From Candidatus Uhrbacteria bacterium CG_4_9_14_3_um_filter_41_35 (lineage in GTDB: Bacteria > Patescibacteriota > Patescibacteriia > UBA9934), in assembly GCA_002791275.1 (NCBI GenBank), contig PFWT01000009.1, positions 8,797 through 72,796 of the forward strand: a stretch of DNA of 64,000 nucleotides, written 5' to 3'. A model generated the notes under the pieces. That model ran no database searches. It saw only the letters and a program-made list of their open reading frames with translations, and had not been told where the DNA came from. The position numbers and the translations under genes were made by a program. Positions 18,986-30,204 of the stretch are shown here, one piece after another. Each line of letters starts with the position of its first letter. Positions within the stretch are counted from its first letter, which is position 1.

Positions 18986-19248
18986 TGGACGAAAAAATTA
19001 TTATATTTACGAAAGCCTTGGCAGACCCAACAAGGCTAAAAATCCTAAATAGACTAAAACGCGAATGTTGCGTTGGGGAACTTTGGGAGAAATTAAGTTT
19101 ACCACAAAACCTAGTTTCACATCATTTACGGGTTTTGAAAGAGGCGGAATTAATTACCTCGGAAAAAAGAGGTATGAGGGTCGTTTATCGATTAAACGAT
19201 AAGTCAATCTTAAAAAACGTAAAAAATTTAGAAAAATATTTAACATAA
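18985..19248 (+). CDS. ArsR/SmtB family transcriptional regulator
   Basis: 87 aa winged-HTH protein (LKILNRLKRECCVGELWEKLSLPQNLVSHHLRVLKEAELI). Confidence 0.7.
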   Translation: MDEKIIIFTKALADPTRLKILNRLKRECCVGELWEKLSLPQNLVSHHLRVLKEAELITSEKRGMRVVYRLNDKSILKNVKNLEKYLT

Positions 19249-19252
19249 AAAT

Positions 19253-19588
19253 ATGAGCAAAGTAATTACACTCACAGATGCAACTTTTGAAGCTGAGGTT
19301 TTAAATTCAGAACTTCCGGTTTTGGTGGATTTTTGGGCACCATGGTGTGGTCCTTGTAGAATGATGGCGCCAGTTCTTGATGAACTTTCACTGGCTTTTG
19401 ACGGCAAATTAAAAATCGCTAAGCTCGACGTTGAAAATCCCGCTCACCAGGGGTTAGCGTCCACGTACCGAATTCAGTCAATTCCAGCACTTAAACTGTT
19501 CAAAGGTGGGCAAGTGGTTAAGGAATACCTAGGTTACAGAGAGAAAGCGATGCTGGGGGCTGAACTTGTTCAAGAATTAGATATTTAA
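19253..19588 (+). CDS. trxA: Thioredoxin
   Basis: WAPWCGPC active site. 111 aa. Confidence 0.9.
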   Translation: MSKVITLTDATFEAEVLNSELPVLVDFWAPWCGPCRMMAPVLDELSLAFDGKLKIAKLDVENPAHQGLASTYRIQSIPALKLFKGGQVVKEYLGYREKAMLGAELVQELDI

Positions 19589-19595
19589 ATAAGTT

Positions 19596-20873
19596 ATGGA
19601 AATCCAGTATATAAAATCGGCCGAGGAATTTGAACAGATAAAGAAAGAGAATGAGTTTTTGGTGGTTGATTTTTTCTCAGAAGACTGCCCGCCATGCGAA
19701 AAGCTCGCGCCTATTTACGAAAAAATGGCAACAATTTTTCCCACTGTAAAATTTACAAAGATCTTTAGACAAGGTTTGCGGCCACTTGCAGAATTACTTG
19801 GCGTGAGTGGTTCGCCAACCGTAGTTTTTTTTAAGTCGGGAGCTATACAAGAGGAGCGTTTGTCTGGTGAAATTAAAGAGAATGATCTTGTTTTTATTCT
19901 CGAAAAATTATCTGGTGCATCTGCTGAAGAAATTAAAACTGAAGATGGGGTGCGAAAAACGGATCTTTGCATTATCGGAAACGGTCCGGCTGGAATCACG
20001 GCTGCGATCTACGCAGCTAGATATAAAGTTGATCAGATTATGGTAGGTGATCTTGCTGGTGGACTAATGACCTCATCGCATAAAATTTGTAATTTCCCCT
20101 CACAGACTGAGATTTCAGGTATGGAACTTAGTCAGATGATGGCAGATCAGGTAAACGCACTTGAAGTTCCGCAAATTAATGCGCGAATTTCAAAAGTGGA
20201 AAAAAATTCAACGGGTTATTTACTTGAAACTACAAATGGTGATCAGATTCAGACAAAAACAGTTTTGTTAACTGCTGGCACAAAACATCGTCACCTTGGT
20301 TTACCAAACGAGGAAGATTTAGTCGGTCGCGGCGTTTCTTACTGCGCTACTTGCGACGGAGCTTTCTTTAATAACAAAACGGTTGCTGTTATTGGTGGTA
20401 GCGATACGGCAAATACTGCTTCGCTTTACTTAGCTCAAGTTGCTAACAAAGTTTATCAGGTTTACCGAAAAGGAGCTTTACGTGGGGAAACAGCTTGGAT
20501 AGATCAGATTAAAGAAAACAATAAAATTCAGGTTATCTATAACACTGAGGTGATTGGTTTGTCGGGTGAAAATCAACTCGAAGGTGTTGTGCTGAGCACT
20601 CCATTTGAAGGAAATACAGTACTTAAAGTTGACGGCGCCTTTGTGGAAATTGGCTCGGAGCCAGATTTAAGTCTAATTAATCAGTTAGGTTTGGCAACGG
20701 ACGAGGGCAATTATGTGATTACAGCTAAAGACCAGACAACGAATCAGTCAGGTGTTTGGGCAGCGGGTGATATAACAAACGGTTCAAATAATTTCCGTCA
20801 GATTATCACGGCCTGTTCGGAAGGCGCGATAGCTGCGCAAAATATCTTTGAGTATTTACAACGAAAAAAATAA
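19596..20873 (+). CDS. trxB: Thioredoxin-like domain (CPPC) fused N-terminally to a low-Mr thioredoxin-disulfide reductase
   Basis: N-terminal ~110 aa Trx-fold with a CPPC redox motif (FFSEDCPPCEK). TrxR portion has the FAD site CIIGNGPAGITAAIYAARY, redox-active CATCDGAFF, a Rossmann GGSDTANTAS and GDITNG. Confidence 0.8.
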   Translation: MEIQYIKSAEEFEQIKKENEFLVVDFFSEDCPPCEKLAPIYEKMATIFPTVKFTKIFRQGLRPLAELLGVSGSPTVVFFKSGAIQEERLSGEIKENDLVFILEKLSGASAEEIKTEDGVRKTDLCIIGNGPAGITAAIYAARYKVDQIMVGDLAGGLMTSSHKICNFPSQTEISGMELSQMMADQVNALEVPQINARISKVEKNSTGYLLETTNGDQIQTKTVLLTAGTKHRHLGLPNEEDLVGRGVSYCATCDGAFFNNKTVAVIGGSDTANTASLYLAQVANKVYQVYRKGALRGETAWIDQIKENNKIQVIYNTEVIGLSGENQLEGVVLSTPFEGNTVLKVDGAFVEIGSEPDLSLINQLGLATDEGNYVITAKDQTTNQSGVWAAGDITNGSNNFRQIITACSEGAIAAQNIFEYLQRKK

Positions 20874-20882
20874 AAGAAAAAA

Positions 20883-20910
20883 TAAACACGAAAGTGTTTA
20901 TTTTTTTATT
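20883..20910. terminator. Bidirectional rho-independent terminator
   Basis: aaacac/gtgttt stem, gaaa loop, then an 8-T run. Confidence 0.55.
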
Positions 20911-21509
20911 CAGCTGAAGTCTTGAACTAATATTTCTCGAGCCTGTTTTAGAGCCTTGCCTCGGTGACTGACTAAAGTTTTTTCAGCAATCGACATTTCT
21001 GCATTGGTTTTTTTGAGCTCACTGTTATAAAAAACCGGGTCAAAGCCAAAGCCTTCGGTGCCTCGGGGCTCATCAATAATCGAACCTCGGTAAATACCTT
21101 CGCAAGTTCTGATTTTTTTACTGATTGGATCGTAAATAGCAATTACCGCTCTAAACTGCGCCCCGCGATTTTCAGACAAAACACCGGTTAGTTCACCAAG
21201 CAGTTTATTATACCTATCTGCATCTGTCCCCGGAGCGTACCGCGCTGAAAAAACACCCGGTCGACCGTTCAAAGCATCAACCTCAAGCCCAGCGTCTTCC
21301 GACAAAGTTAGTAAACCAGTTTTGTCACCATAAGTAATGGCTTTGATAATTGCGTTTCCTTCCATTGTCATTGCTGGCTCTTCAACGTCGAAGTCTGGAG
21401 AAATGGCGGTATCTGCTAAACCAATAATCTCCCAATCAAAGTCTGCGAGTGCGTGCTGTATTTCCACGATCTTTCCTTTATTTCGCGTAGCTATCACCAG
21501 TTTTTGCAT
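20910..21509 (-). CDS. rdgB: Non-canonical purine NTP pyrophosphatase (RdgB/Ham1 family)
   Basis: N-terminal ATRNKGKIVE and C-terminal FGFDPVF motifs of the Ham1 family. Confidence 0.85.
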   Translation of the reverse strand: MQKLVIATRNKGKIVEIQHALADFDWEIIGLADTAISPDFDVEEPAMTMEGNAIIKAITYGDKTGLLTLSEDAGLEVDALNGRPGVFSARYAPGTDADRYNKLLGELTGVLSENRGAQFRAVIAIYDPISKKIRTCEGIYRGSIIDEPRGTEGFGFDPVFYNSELKKTNAEMSIAEKTLVSHRGKALKQAREILVQDFS

Positions 21510-21544
21510 AAGATATGTGTTCTTTAAAGATCTTAAATTTTAGT

Positions 21545-22213
21545 TTAATTCAAGATTTTTGTAACTTCATCTTCGGTTAGGTATTGCGCTGAATAATTGG
21601 CTCCGCGCATATTAAGTTGCTTCGTAAACGCACGCAGGTGATTTTCCGAACCGGCTATTAAATATGAATAGACCCGAAGGATGTCAGCGTTCTGTGTGTC
21701 TGCCGATAAATTTTGTAGGTCGTAGATATCTAAGTCCTCAATAGTAGCGCCAACAGTAAAGGCATCAACCAGGCTAGTGCTTCCTTTTTGCACTAACTGA
21801 TTGTAAAGATCGGTAAAGGCTGGATTTTGATAAACTCCTGGGGTTTCAGTTTGAATTGGATCGGGAATATTGAACTGCACTAAAAGATTTTTTATCGCCG
21901 TGGTGTGCGACTGTTCACTGCTTGAAATATTGATAAAGGTTTTTTGTTCCCATTTATCAAAAAGTGCATTGTAAACATCGCGCGCTAGCATTTCTTCTTC
22001 CCGCATTCTTATAAGCCCAGTAATCTCCGCTTCAGATAGCTGACCGCTAACTGGTACAGTAACTTGTGCAACTACCGGCTGGCTAACAGATGTGGCTTGC
22101 TCAGTATAGCTAACTTGATCGTCTTTTTCGTAAGTTTTAAATAGTACGATCAAGGTGAGGGTAATTAGGATAAGGAGGCCAAGGGCCATAGCTGGTTGGT
22201 ATATTTCTTTCAT
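21545..22213 (-). CDS. DUF2202 ferritin-like domain protein with N-terminal TM anchor
   Basis: EEEMLARDVYNALFDKW...SSEQSHTTAIKNLL resembles the DUF2202 ferritin-like family. Start set at MKEIYQ (the ORF could extend to 22327). Confidence 0.5.
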   Translation of the reverse strand: MKEIYQPAMALGLLILITLTLIVLFKTYEKDDQVSYTEQATSVSQPVVAQVTVPVSGQLSEAEITGLIRMREEEMLARDVYNALFDKWEQKTFINISSSEQSHTTAIKNLLVQFNIPDPIQTETPGVYQNPAFTDLYNQLVQKGSTSLVDAFTVGATIEDLDIYDLQNLSADTQNADILRVYSYLIAGSENHLRAFTKQLNMRGANYSAQYLTEDEVTKILN

Positions 22214-22407
22214 ATAATTGGTTATATCTATAATACAACGATTTTCAATAAATAATTCAATTTTTCCACATGATACAGATATTTTGGTCGAGGTACGCCC
22301 CACGTGTGATAATTTTGATATTGACAATTAATAAAATATCCTTTAGTCTAACCGTCTTATTCACATATTCCTGTGTTTTAAGACAACTGCTTGAATGCGG
22401 AGGAAAA

Positions 22408-23259
22408 ATGCTTCACAGACTATTCGCGGTGTCTAGTGTGTTGCCGATCGCTGATCCGGGGAGCTTAGCTCTCGTACCTATCAAAGGGTCAGAGAACCTG
22501 TACGTGGACTCGAGTTCTTTTTGCAATAACGAGGGCGATGCTATTCAAGTTATCGTTGAAGAGACTAATCTTGGCCTTGTGTTTAGACTACCGAGAGAAG
22601 CAGGATCTGTGCTACGAAATGTCCCACGCTCAGTTAAGAAGGCTATTCGCTACTGGCACGCAAGCTTAGTGGTTGAGGATCCAGATTTTGTTGATCAAAA
22701 CAAGATCGAAACTATGATCCATCCAAAGGGTCATACGGGCATTAAGGTCACAGTGTCGTATGATTCGGTCACTTTTCTTATTCGTGCACAGTCAGAACGA
22801 AAGGCACGGTTCCTTACAGAGCAGTGTTTACTAAATAAAGTAGAATATAGACTGCTTTATAACCGTCTTGAAGAGTTTGAAGCAAAGGCAAGCAAAACCT
22901 GGTCTAATAATCTAGCAAAAGATGCTAATCAATTGTGTCTGGCGTTAAATAGATGGACAAACGGACAGACTATCTACACAAAGTATTTCCCGGAGCTCAT
23001 TCAAACCCCGAACGGTGCACTGATCCAAACCGCCTACAAACATGAGGAATTGCTACTCGCAACAGTTTTGTATCAAGGAGAACCGTTAACTGTAATGTTT
23101 GGTCCAAGAGATTTTCGAACACAGTTTCTAAATATGGTCCTTTGTGGCTATTTAAAACAAGTCAGGCTAACCTCCGTTCAGGAGAAACTACTAAAGCGAT
23201 TGCTGGACGCTCTCTTTGCTAAGCAGTTTTTAGACAGAAGAAAAGAGCAGAGCCTGTAG
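22408..23259 (+). CDS. Hypothetical protein, no recognisable domain; compositionally GC-rich
   Basis: Long ORF with coding-like codon periodicity. GC about 48-50% against the background. Start inferred at MLHRLF. Confidence 0.4.
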   Translation: MLHRLFAVSSVLPIADPGSLALVPIKGSENLYVDSSSFCNNEGDAIQVIVEETNLGLVFRLPREAGSVLRNVPRSVKKAIRYWHASLVVEDPDFVDQNKIETMIHPKGHTGIKVTVSYDSVTFLIRAQSERKARFLTEQCLLNKVEYRLLYNRLEEFEAKASKTWSNNLAKDANQLCLALNRWTNGQTIYTKYFPELIQTPNGALIQTAYKHEELLLATVLYQGEPLTVMFGPRDFRTQFLNMVLCGYLKQVRLTSVQEKLLKRLLDALFAKQFLDRRKEQSL

Positions 23260-23304
23260 GTAAAAAGATAAATTCAAGGACGTGAGCAATCATTAGCCAA
23301 ATGT

Positions 23305-23328
23305 ACGACCGACAACGGTCGTTTTTTA
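23305..23328 (+). terminator. Rho-independent terminator
   Basis: acgaccg/cggtcgt stem, acaa loop, 6-T run. Confidence 0.65.
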
Positions 23329-23387
23329 TTTACGTATTAGGTTTTGGTCTTTTAAAATATTGACCAAGTTAGATGACGTACACTAAA

Positions 23388-23560
23388 CCGTTATTCTGAG
23401 CCTAACGTGAATTATGGCGGAAATCTCATCATCTCGTCATTCTGAGCCAAACGTGAATCACGGCGAAGAATCTTATTACTGGATTACTAAGCAAATGTCG
23501 GTTATACACAAAACGAAGGAGATCCTTCAGCATGAATCAGCGCCAACTTCTGGGTGATAA
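23388..23560. repeat. MITE-like composite repeat (locus B: two head modules + degenerate body/tail)
   Basis: CCGTTATTCTGAGCCTAACGTGAAT and CGTCATTCTGAGCCAAACGTGAATCACGGCGAAGAATCT heads, followed by the body segment ...AAGGAGATCCTTCAGC as at loci A and C. Confidence 0.7.
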
Positions 23561-23698
23561 AAATGTAGGTGAGTTGTCCACTATTACCCTTGACTGGGGG
23601 CTTGAAATAGCCTAACTTAAATATATAGCTTAAAGAATTCGCTGGATCCATTTTGGGAAAAGCGTCTTTTTTTATACAAACTTTTACCACCAAAAACT

Positions 23699-25837
23699 AT
23701 GCTCAACACTTTAAAAACTAACTTTGGCTACGATTCGTTTAGGCCTCTTCAGAAAGAGATTATTGACCACGTTGCCGGGAGAAATGACGCGCTAGTTTTG
23801 ATGCCAACAGGTGGTGGTAAGTCGCTCTGTTACCAACTGCCAGCGCTACTGTTTCCAGGTATAACTATCGTTGTTTCACCGCTCATTTCGCTTATGAAAG
23901 ATCAGGTGGATGCGCTAAAGGCAAACGGCATTTCAGCCGAGTTTTTAAACAGCACTCTGTCGCCAGAAGTTATCGAAGTTATTCAGGAAAGAGCCGTTCG
24001 CGGAGATATTAAACTCCTCTACATCGCCCCTGAAAGATTAGCGAACCCCTCATTTCGCCACTTTCTTTCTAGTCTGAACGTAAGCCTTATTGCTGTCGAC
24101 GAAGCGCACTGTATTTCGGAGTGGGGCCACGATTTTCGTCCAGATTATCGAAACTTCGGTGCTCTCCGCGAACTTTTTAAAGATGTGCCAGTTATTGCCC
24201 TAACCGCCACGGCAACTAAAAGAGTCAGGTTCGATATTTTAAATCAACTTGGTTTAAAAGAAGATCAAACATTTATTTCCAGCTTCAACCGGCCAAATTT
24301 ACAGTACGGAGTGGAGCCAAAGTACAAAACTTTTGATCAGCTCGTTACACTCTTAAATAAATATAAAGGTGAGCCAACGATTATATATTGTTTTTCAAGA
24401 AAACAAACTGAACAATTGGCCAGTGATCTCCGCAGTGCTGGTTATAGTGCCAAACCATATCACGCCGGGCTTTCGAAAGACGCTCGTCAAGAAACTCAGG
24501 AGCAGTTTATTACCGACGAAGTGCCAATTATCATCGCAACAATTGCCTTCGGTATGGGAATCGACAAACCAGATGTTCGTTTGGTGGTGCATTATGATTT
24601 ACCAAAAACGCTCGAATCCTACTATCAGGAAACAGGGCGTGCAGGCAGGGACGGTTTGCCGGCAGAGTGTGTTTTGTTTTACTCACTTGGAGATAAGCGC
24701 AAGCAGGATTACTTTATTAATATGATGGCAAACGCGGAGGAGCAGGAAAATGCTCGGCAGAAACTGGGGCAGGTAATTGAGTATTGCAACCTCGGTGTGT
24801 GTAGACGCAAGTATATTTTAGGTTATTTTGACGAATTGGTGAGTGAAAACAGCTGCGCAAACTGCGACAACTGCCTGGCTCCAGCTCATGATCACAATAT
24901 CACCGCACTCGCTCAAAGTATTATCCGCGCGGTTATTGAAACAGGTGAGCGTTTTGGCGCTGGCCATGTGATTAAGGTATTAAGAGGTTCAAAAACTAAA
25001 CGGCTCGAAGATTTTGGCCACAACGCACTTTCAACGTTTGGGCTTGAAAAGAAAACTTCAGAAGCAGAACTAAAACACGCTGTTGATCAACTTATTAAGC
25101 AGGGTATTGTCAAAAAAGACACTGGCGAATATCCAACTCTAAGTATCGACAGCGAAGGTCGGAATCTGCTGCAAAGCGGGGCACAGATTTATATTCAAAA
25201 GCCAAAGACGGAAATGCTTAAACTCAGCACCCCGCAGGTAGCGGATCTAGAATATAGCACTGAGCTATTTGAAAGCTTAAGAAACCTTAGGAAACAAGTT
25301 GCCGATCAAAAATCAGTTCCACCTTTTGTGATTTTTGGCAATAAATCGCTAATAGAAATGGCGCATTATTTGCCAAAAAATAGGGAAGAGTTTGCTAAAA
25401 TTTCAGGGGTAGGGAATCAAAAACTCGAGCAGTTTGCGGACATTTTTACAGAACTTATCCAGACTTATGCCATTCAAAACAACTTAGAAAGTAAGGCGAT
25501 CCCCACCCGAGCCAAAGCCGAACAAAAACGTTTGGTCAGCAGAGAAGGCTCTACCTACGCAGAAACTAAACGGTTAATTGATCAAAAACTAACACTTCAG
25601 GAAATCGCTAATGAGCGGAATATCAAAGAGGGGACAGTTATTAGCCATATTGAACAGCTGGTTATCTCGGACAGCGACCTAGATATAACCTACTTAAAAC
25701 CAGTAGAAAGTCGGCTAAAACCAATCTTGGCAGCTTTCTATAAATCTGGCCAAACAAGCTTATCACCAGTCCGCAGTCTGCTTGGCGATACATACTCATT
25801 CGACGAAATTCGCCTGGCTAGGTTATTTTTAGGGTAA
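23699..25837 (+). CDS. recQ: ATP-dependent DNA helicase RecQ
   Basis: Q-motif/Walker A LMPTGGGKSLCYQLPAL, DEAH box VDEAHCISEWGHDFRPDY, zinc-binding Cys cluster (CRRK...CANCDNC) and a C-terminal HRDC-like region. Confidence 0.9.
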   Translation: MLNTLKTNFGYDSFRPLQKEIIDHVAGRNDALVLMPTGGGKSLCYQLPALLFPGITIVVSPLISLMKDQVDALKANGISAEFLNSTLSPEVIEVIQERAVRGDIKLLYIAPERLANPSFRHFLSSLNVSLIAVDEAHCISEWGHDFRPDYRNFGALRELFKDVPVIALTATATKRVRFDILNQLGLKEDQTFISSFNRPNLQYGVEPKYKTFDQLVTLLNKYKGEPTIIYCFSRKQTEQLASDLRSAGYSAKPYHAGLSKDARQETQEQFITDEVPIIIATIAFGMGIDKPDVRLVVHYDLPKTLESYYQETGRAGRDGLPAECVLFYSLGDKRKQDYFINMMANAEEQENARQKLGQVIEYCNLGVCRRKYILGYFDELVSENSCANCDNCLAPAHDHNITALAQSIIRAVIETGERFGAGHVIKVLRGSKTKRLEDFGHNALSTFGLEKKTSEAELKHAVDQLIKQGIVKKDTGEYPTLSIDSEGRNLLQSGAQIYIQKPKTEMLKLSTPQVADLEYSTELFESLRNLRKQVADQKSVPPFVIFGNKSLIEMAHYLPKNREEFAKISGVGNQKLEQFADIFTELIQTYAIQNNLESKAIPTRAKAEQKRLVSREGSTYAETKRLIDQKLTLQEIANERNIKEGTVISHIEQLVISDSDLDITYLKPVESRLKPILAAFYKSGQTSLSPVRSLLGDTYSFDEIRLARLFLG

Positions 25838-25939
25838 GCTAAAATAGCTCAAGTTAGGGGTAAAACATTGTTTTAGAAAACACTTGATCATATTTTCTGT
25901 TTATGTTATCCTGTGCTCACAATTAAATGAGCAAAACAT

Positions 25940-26014
25940 TCGGGGGTAGCTCAGCGGCAGAGCAGGAGACTGTTAATCTCTTGGTCGTGGGTTCGATCCC
26001 CACCCCCCGAGCCA
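25940..26014 (+). tRNA. tRNA-Asn (anticodon GTT)
   Basis: Cloverleaf folded by hand: acceptor TCGGGGG/CCCCCGA, D-arm GCTC...GAGC, anticodon loop CTGTTAA (U33, GUU, A37), T-arm GTGGG-TTCGATC-CCCAC, encoded CCA. Confidence 0.8.
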
Positions 26015-26017
26015 ATA

Positions 26018-26046
26018 AAAAAACACCCTTTGGGTGGTTTTTTATT
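26018..26046 (+). terminator. Rho-independent terminator after tRNA
   Basis: caccc/gggtg stem followed by a T-run. Confidence 0.5.
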
Positions 26047-26248
26047 GGCATCAACTTGGCGATTTATAAGAGCATAATATACAATGTCACAAGTAACGAC
26101 TTGACCCCTATTTCATACCAAAAGAAATTGCAAGTCATCTTAATTTACACTACTTTACAATTAGTAAAATAATTGCAAATTCAAGATTCAAGATCAAGAC
26201 CTGACCCCTAAGTAATAGAAAAATCACGAACTAGAATTAGTTCGTGAT

Positions 26249-26848
26249 TTGTTTTATAGTGTAAGTAAAATTAGCTTTGCTTTTATGAGAGAAAAAATGG
26301 GTTATAATCCAGAAGGTCAAAGGGCGCAATTGGAGATGTCGCTTGATGAAAAGAAGGTCTATGAACAGATGCAGAGTGAGGTTTCGGCGCTTAGAGTGGA
26401 TTTATTAGTAAATTTGCCAAGAAAAAAACGACTTCATATAGAAAGACGACTTCGACTCTTGGAATCGAAACTGAAAATGTTAGAAGATGGCGATTTTGGT
26501 CGTACAATTCCGGAGGTTATTTTGAAGGATGTTATTGAGCGAGATACGGGCCGTAATTTTGGGCGCCCAAGTCATAGTTGTGAAAGACCTGGTCCACCTC
26601 ATCACATACGTTTTTTCGAAACATTTACGGGTAATCAAACACGGGAAAACCCACATACTGTCGATAATTTAGAAGCGCCCTGCAAGGAGTGTCATGAATT
26701 GGCCCATAATTTAAGTATACCTAGCGGTGTCTCAATTGAAACATTATTCAAATCATTTAATGATAGCAAGTGGCAGACGATTGAAGAGCTTTGGCATAAT
26801 AAAAACACTTTTCAACTAAAGAAAATCGGGCAGTCGTACAGTCTGTAA
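26249..26848 (+). CDS. Hypothetical protein with N-terminal coiled coil and C-terminal Cys/His cluster (possible HNH-like zinc finger)
   Basis: C-terminal HSCERPGPPHH...PCKECHELAHN motif. The true start may be the internal MREKMGYNPEG. Confidence 0.35.
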   Translation: MFYSVSKISFAFMREKMGYNPEGQRAQLEMSLDEKKVYEQMQSEVSALRVDLLVNLPRKKRLHIERRLRLLESKLKMLEDGDFGRTIPEVILKDVIERDTGRNFGRPSHSCERPGPPHHIRFFETFTGNQTRENPHTVDNLEAPCKECHELAHNLSIPSGVSIETLFKSFNDSKWQTIEELWHNKNTFQLKKIGQSYSL

Positions 26849-26931
26849 AAACTGTGCCGTAAATCAAGTTACGACTCGCTGTTTTTAGATAAAATCAATC
26901 TCGTAGCATAGCTATATCCATTCTATAAAAT

Positions 26932-27159
26932 ATGAACAGTCAAAATATAATCCCACAGCCAAACGATCCTTTGCACGGCATCACTCTTAAAGTAATCCTT
27001 GAGGCTTTGGTTGAGAAGTATGGGTGGCAAGAGCTCGGTCAAATGATACGAATAAAATGTTTTAATGAAAATCCAAGTATTAATTCCAGTTTAACTTTTC
27101 TACGCAAAACACCTTGGGCTCGCGAAAAAATCGAGGATTTATATCTCAGCAGTGTTTAA
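26932..27159 (+). CDS. DUF2132 (VF530-like) small protein
   Basis: [29 protein letters not shown]...[17 protein letters not shown] resembles the DUF2132 family. Confidence 0.5.
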   Translation: MNSQNIIPQPNDPLHGITLKVILEALVEKYGWQELGQMIRIKCFNENPSINSSLTFLRKTPWAREKIEDLYLSSV

Positions 27160-27197
27160 ATATTTAGAAGCATTTTACATATTTTTACCAAATAAAT

Positions 27198-27719
27198 ATG
27201 CCACGTAAAAATCCTATTACGGTTGAAGTTACGGATAAGTTTCAGAAAAAATATACATACGAATTAGTGGAACCGATTGGTAGGAATTTTGATGTAGACT
27301 TTCAGCCAGATCTAACACCAAAACAAATGTTAGCTTTGGGAATTTTTGGTGGTAAATATATGACTGATTGCAAAAAGGAGTATCCTGAAAATTGGTTTAC
27401 AAAAGCAAAATTATCGCCTAAAAAACATAATGATACTTTGAATTATTTTCACATCCATGCAAGTCAGTCGCTTGGTGTTTGGCTGGAAAAAGGTTGGATA
27501 AATGAAAAACACGATCCACGAGGTTGGTTTCAGTGGTATTGCAGATACTATATGGGCCGAAGACTTCAGGTGGAAGATGACAGGCAAATAAAGCGTTGGA
27601 AAGCTATGAAACGCCACGTTGCTCAAATTAGGAAGAACTGTAAAAAAGGTGATCTTGCTTGTAGAACGAAACAACGTCAGGCACTTCTGCATTGGGGTTA
27701 TAATAGTTTAGAAATGTGA
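27198..27719 (+). CDS. Hypothetical protein
   Basis: 173 aa ORF with W/Y/R-rich GWFQWYCRYYMGRR motif. No family recognised. Confidence 0.4.
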   Translation: MPRKNPITVEVTDKFQKKYTYELVEPIGRNFDVDFQPDLTPKQMLALGIFGGKYMTDCKKEYPENWFTKAKLSPKKHNDTLNYFHIHASQSLGVWLEKGWINEKHDPRGWFQWYCRYYMGRRLQVEDDRQIKRWKAMKRHVAQIRKNCKKGDLACRTKQRQALLHWGYNSLEM

Positions 27720-27800
27720 AAATTTGGTTTATTTAAAGTATTAAAAATATAACACCCATCGATATTTACCGATGGGTTAGAATTAGGACGAAAGTGATAA

Positions 27801-27998
27801 CTAAGTTTTCGCCTTATTGTCCTTACGCGATACCAGCAGAATGAAGAGCACACCCATTGACCAGTAGAGGATGACGATGTAGGCCAAGAACCAGACGCCG
27901 ATCTGCTCGCTTCGGGACAAGAGAGTGATCAGTCCGACTGGTGGGTTCACGTACAGGGTTACGAAATGGGTGAAATCGAAAACACTTTTTGGAGTCAT
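27801..27998 (-). CDS. Small hypothetical membrane protein (65 aa from MTPKSVFDF)
   Basis: Two hydrophobic helices. GC-rich relative to surroundings. Start chosen at the internal Met with better context. Confidence 0.3.
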   Translation of the reverse strand: MTPKSVFDFTHFVTLYVNPPVGLITLLSRSEQIGVWFLAYIVILYWSMGVLFILLVSRKDNKAKT

Positions 27999-28314
27999 TT
28001 TTGACCTCCTTGCTAGTAATATTTTTGCATACATTAGCCATTTTGTCAATCGTATTAGTAAAGTCAATGTCTGATCAAGAAAAAATCAAAACCTCTATAA
28101 CGAGGTTTTTAATGATTTAAATTCAGATTAGTTAGTTATCAGTAGCAAATTTTCAGACTCACTTTTAGCCTCTATGAAGAGTTAATTATTTGGAGCGTCA
28201 CACGTTAGTAATCGAAACAATTAGATTTTTTTGTTTTTTTAGCGGTTTAGTTGGCTTTGATATACGATGTTGTTGGTGATAAACTATCCCCTTGAATGAT
28301 TTTTGAACATAAGA

Positions 28315-28342
28315 TAGTATATCAATATAGATTGATATACTA
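28315..28342. promoter_or_regulatory. 28-bp palindromic operator (12-4-12) upstream of gdhA, same motif as at the arsR operon
   Basis: TAGTATATCAAT atag ATTGATATACTA. It differs from the arsR site only at the central s position and the spacer. Confidence 0.55.
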
Positions 28343-28373
28343 CGGCGAAAGTTTGTCAGTTTATAAGTAATAA

Positions 28374-29747
<1,374 letters not shown>

Positions 29748-30204
29748 GTGAAAAATATGAAGGGTTGGTCTAGTAACGGTATTTAAAATATTATCGTAAG
29801 ACCAACCTTTTTAATATTCTATTTATATTTAACATAATTACAGGGTTAATGTACAAATAGTGATAAACAAGTAGCACAACAAGAATACGCCAAATTTATT
29901 CTTGACGGAATTGGAAAATAGAGCCCATTAACAAATATAGAAGAAGGTATCGTCCTCGGTTTTCCTTAATATGTAAATTGGGTTCGTGAACTAAAAAATA
30001 ATAATTAAAAAACAAGGAAATACCAAGAGAACAAAGGCTGGTAGGGCGTCCACAACTTGAAGATTTATTTTCAAGTGAGATCAAACAAGACAACAAATTA
30101 AGAAATGATATGATTCGTATTGCTCATATTAGAGCTGGATATTCTCAAAAAAAATTGCGGAGCATTTGCGGAATATTTATTACATTTGGGTAAGTAAAAT
30201 AATA

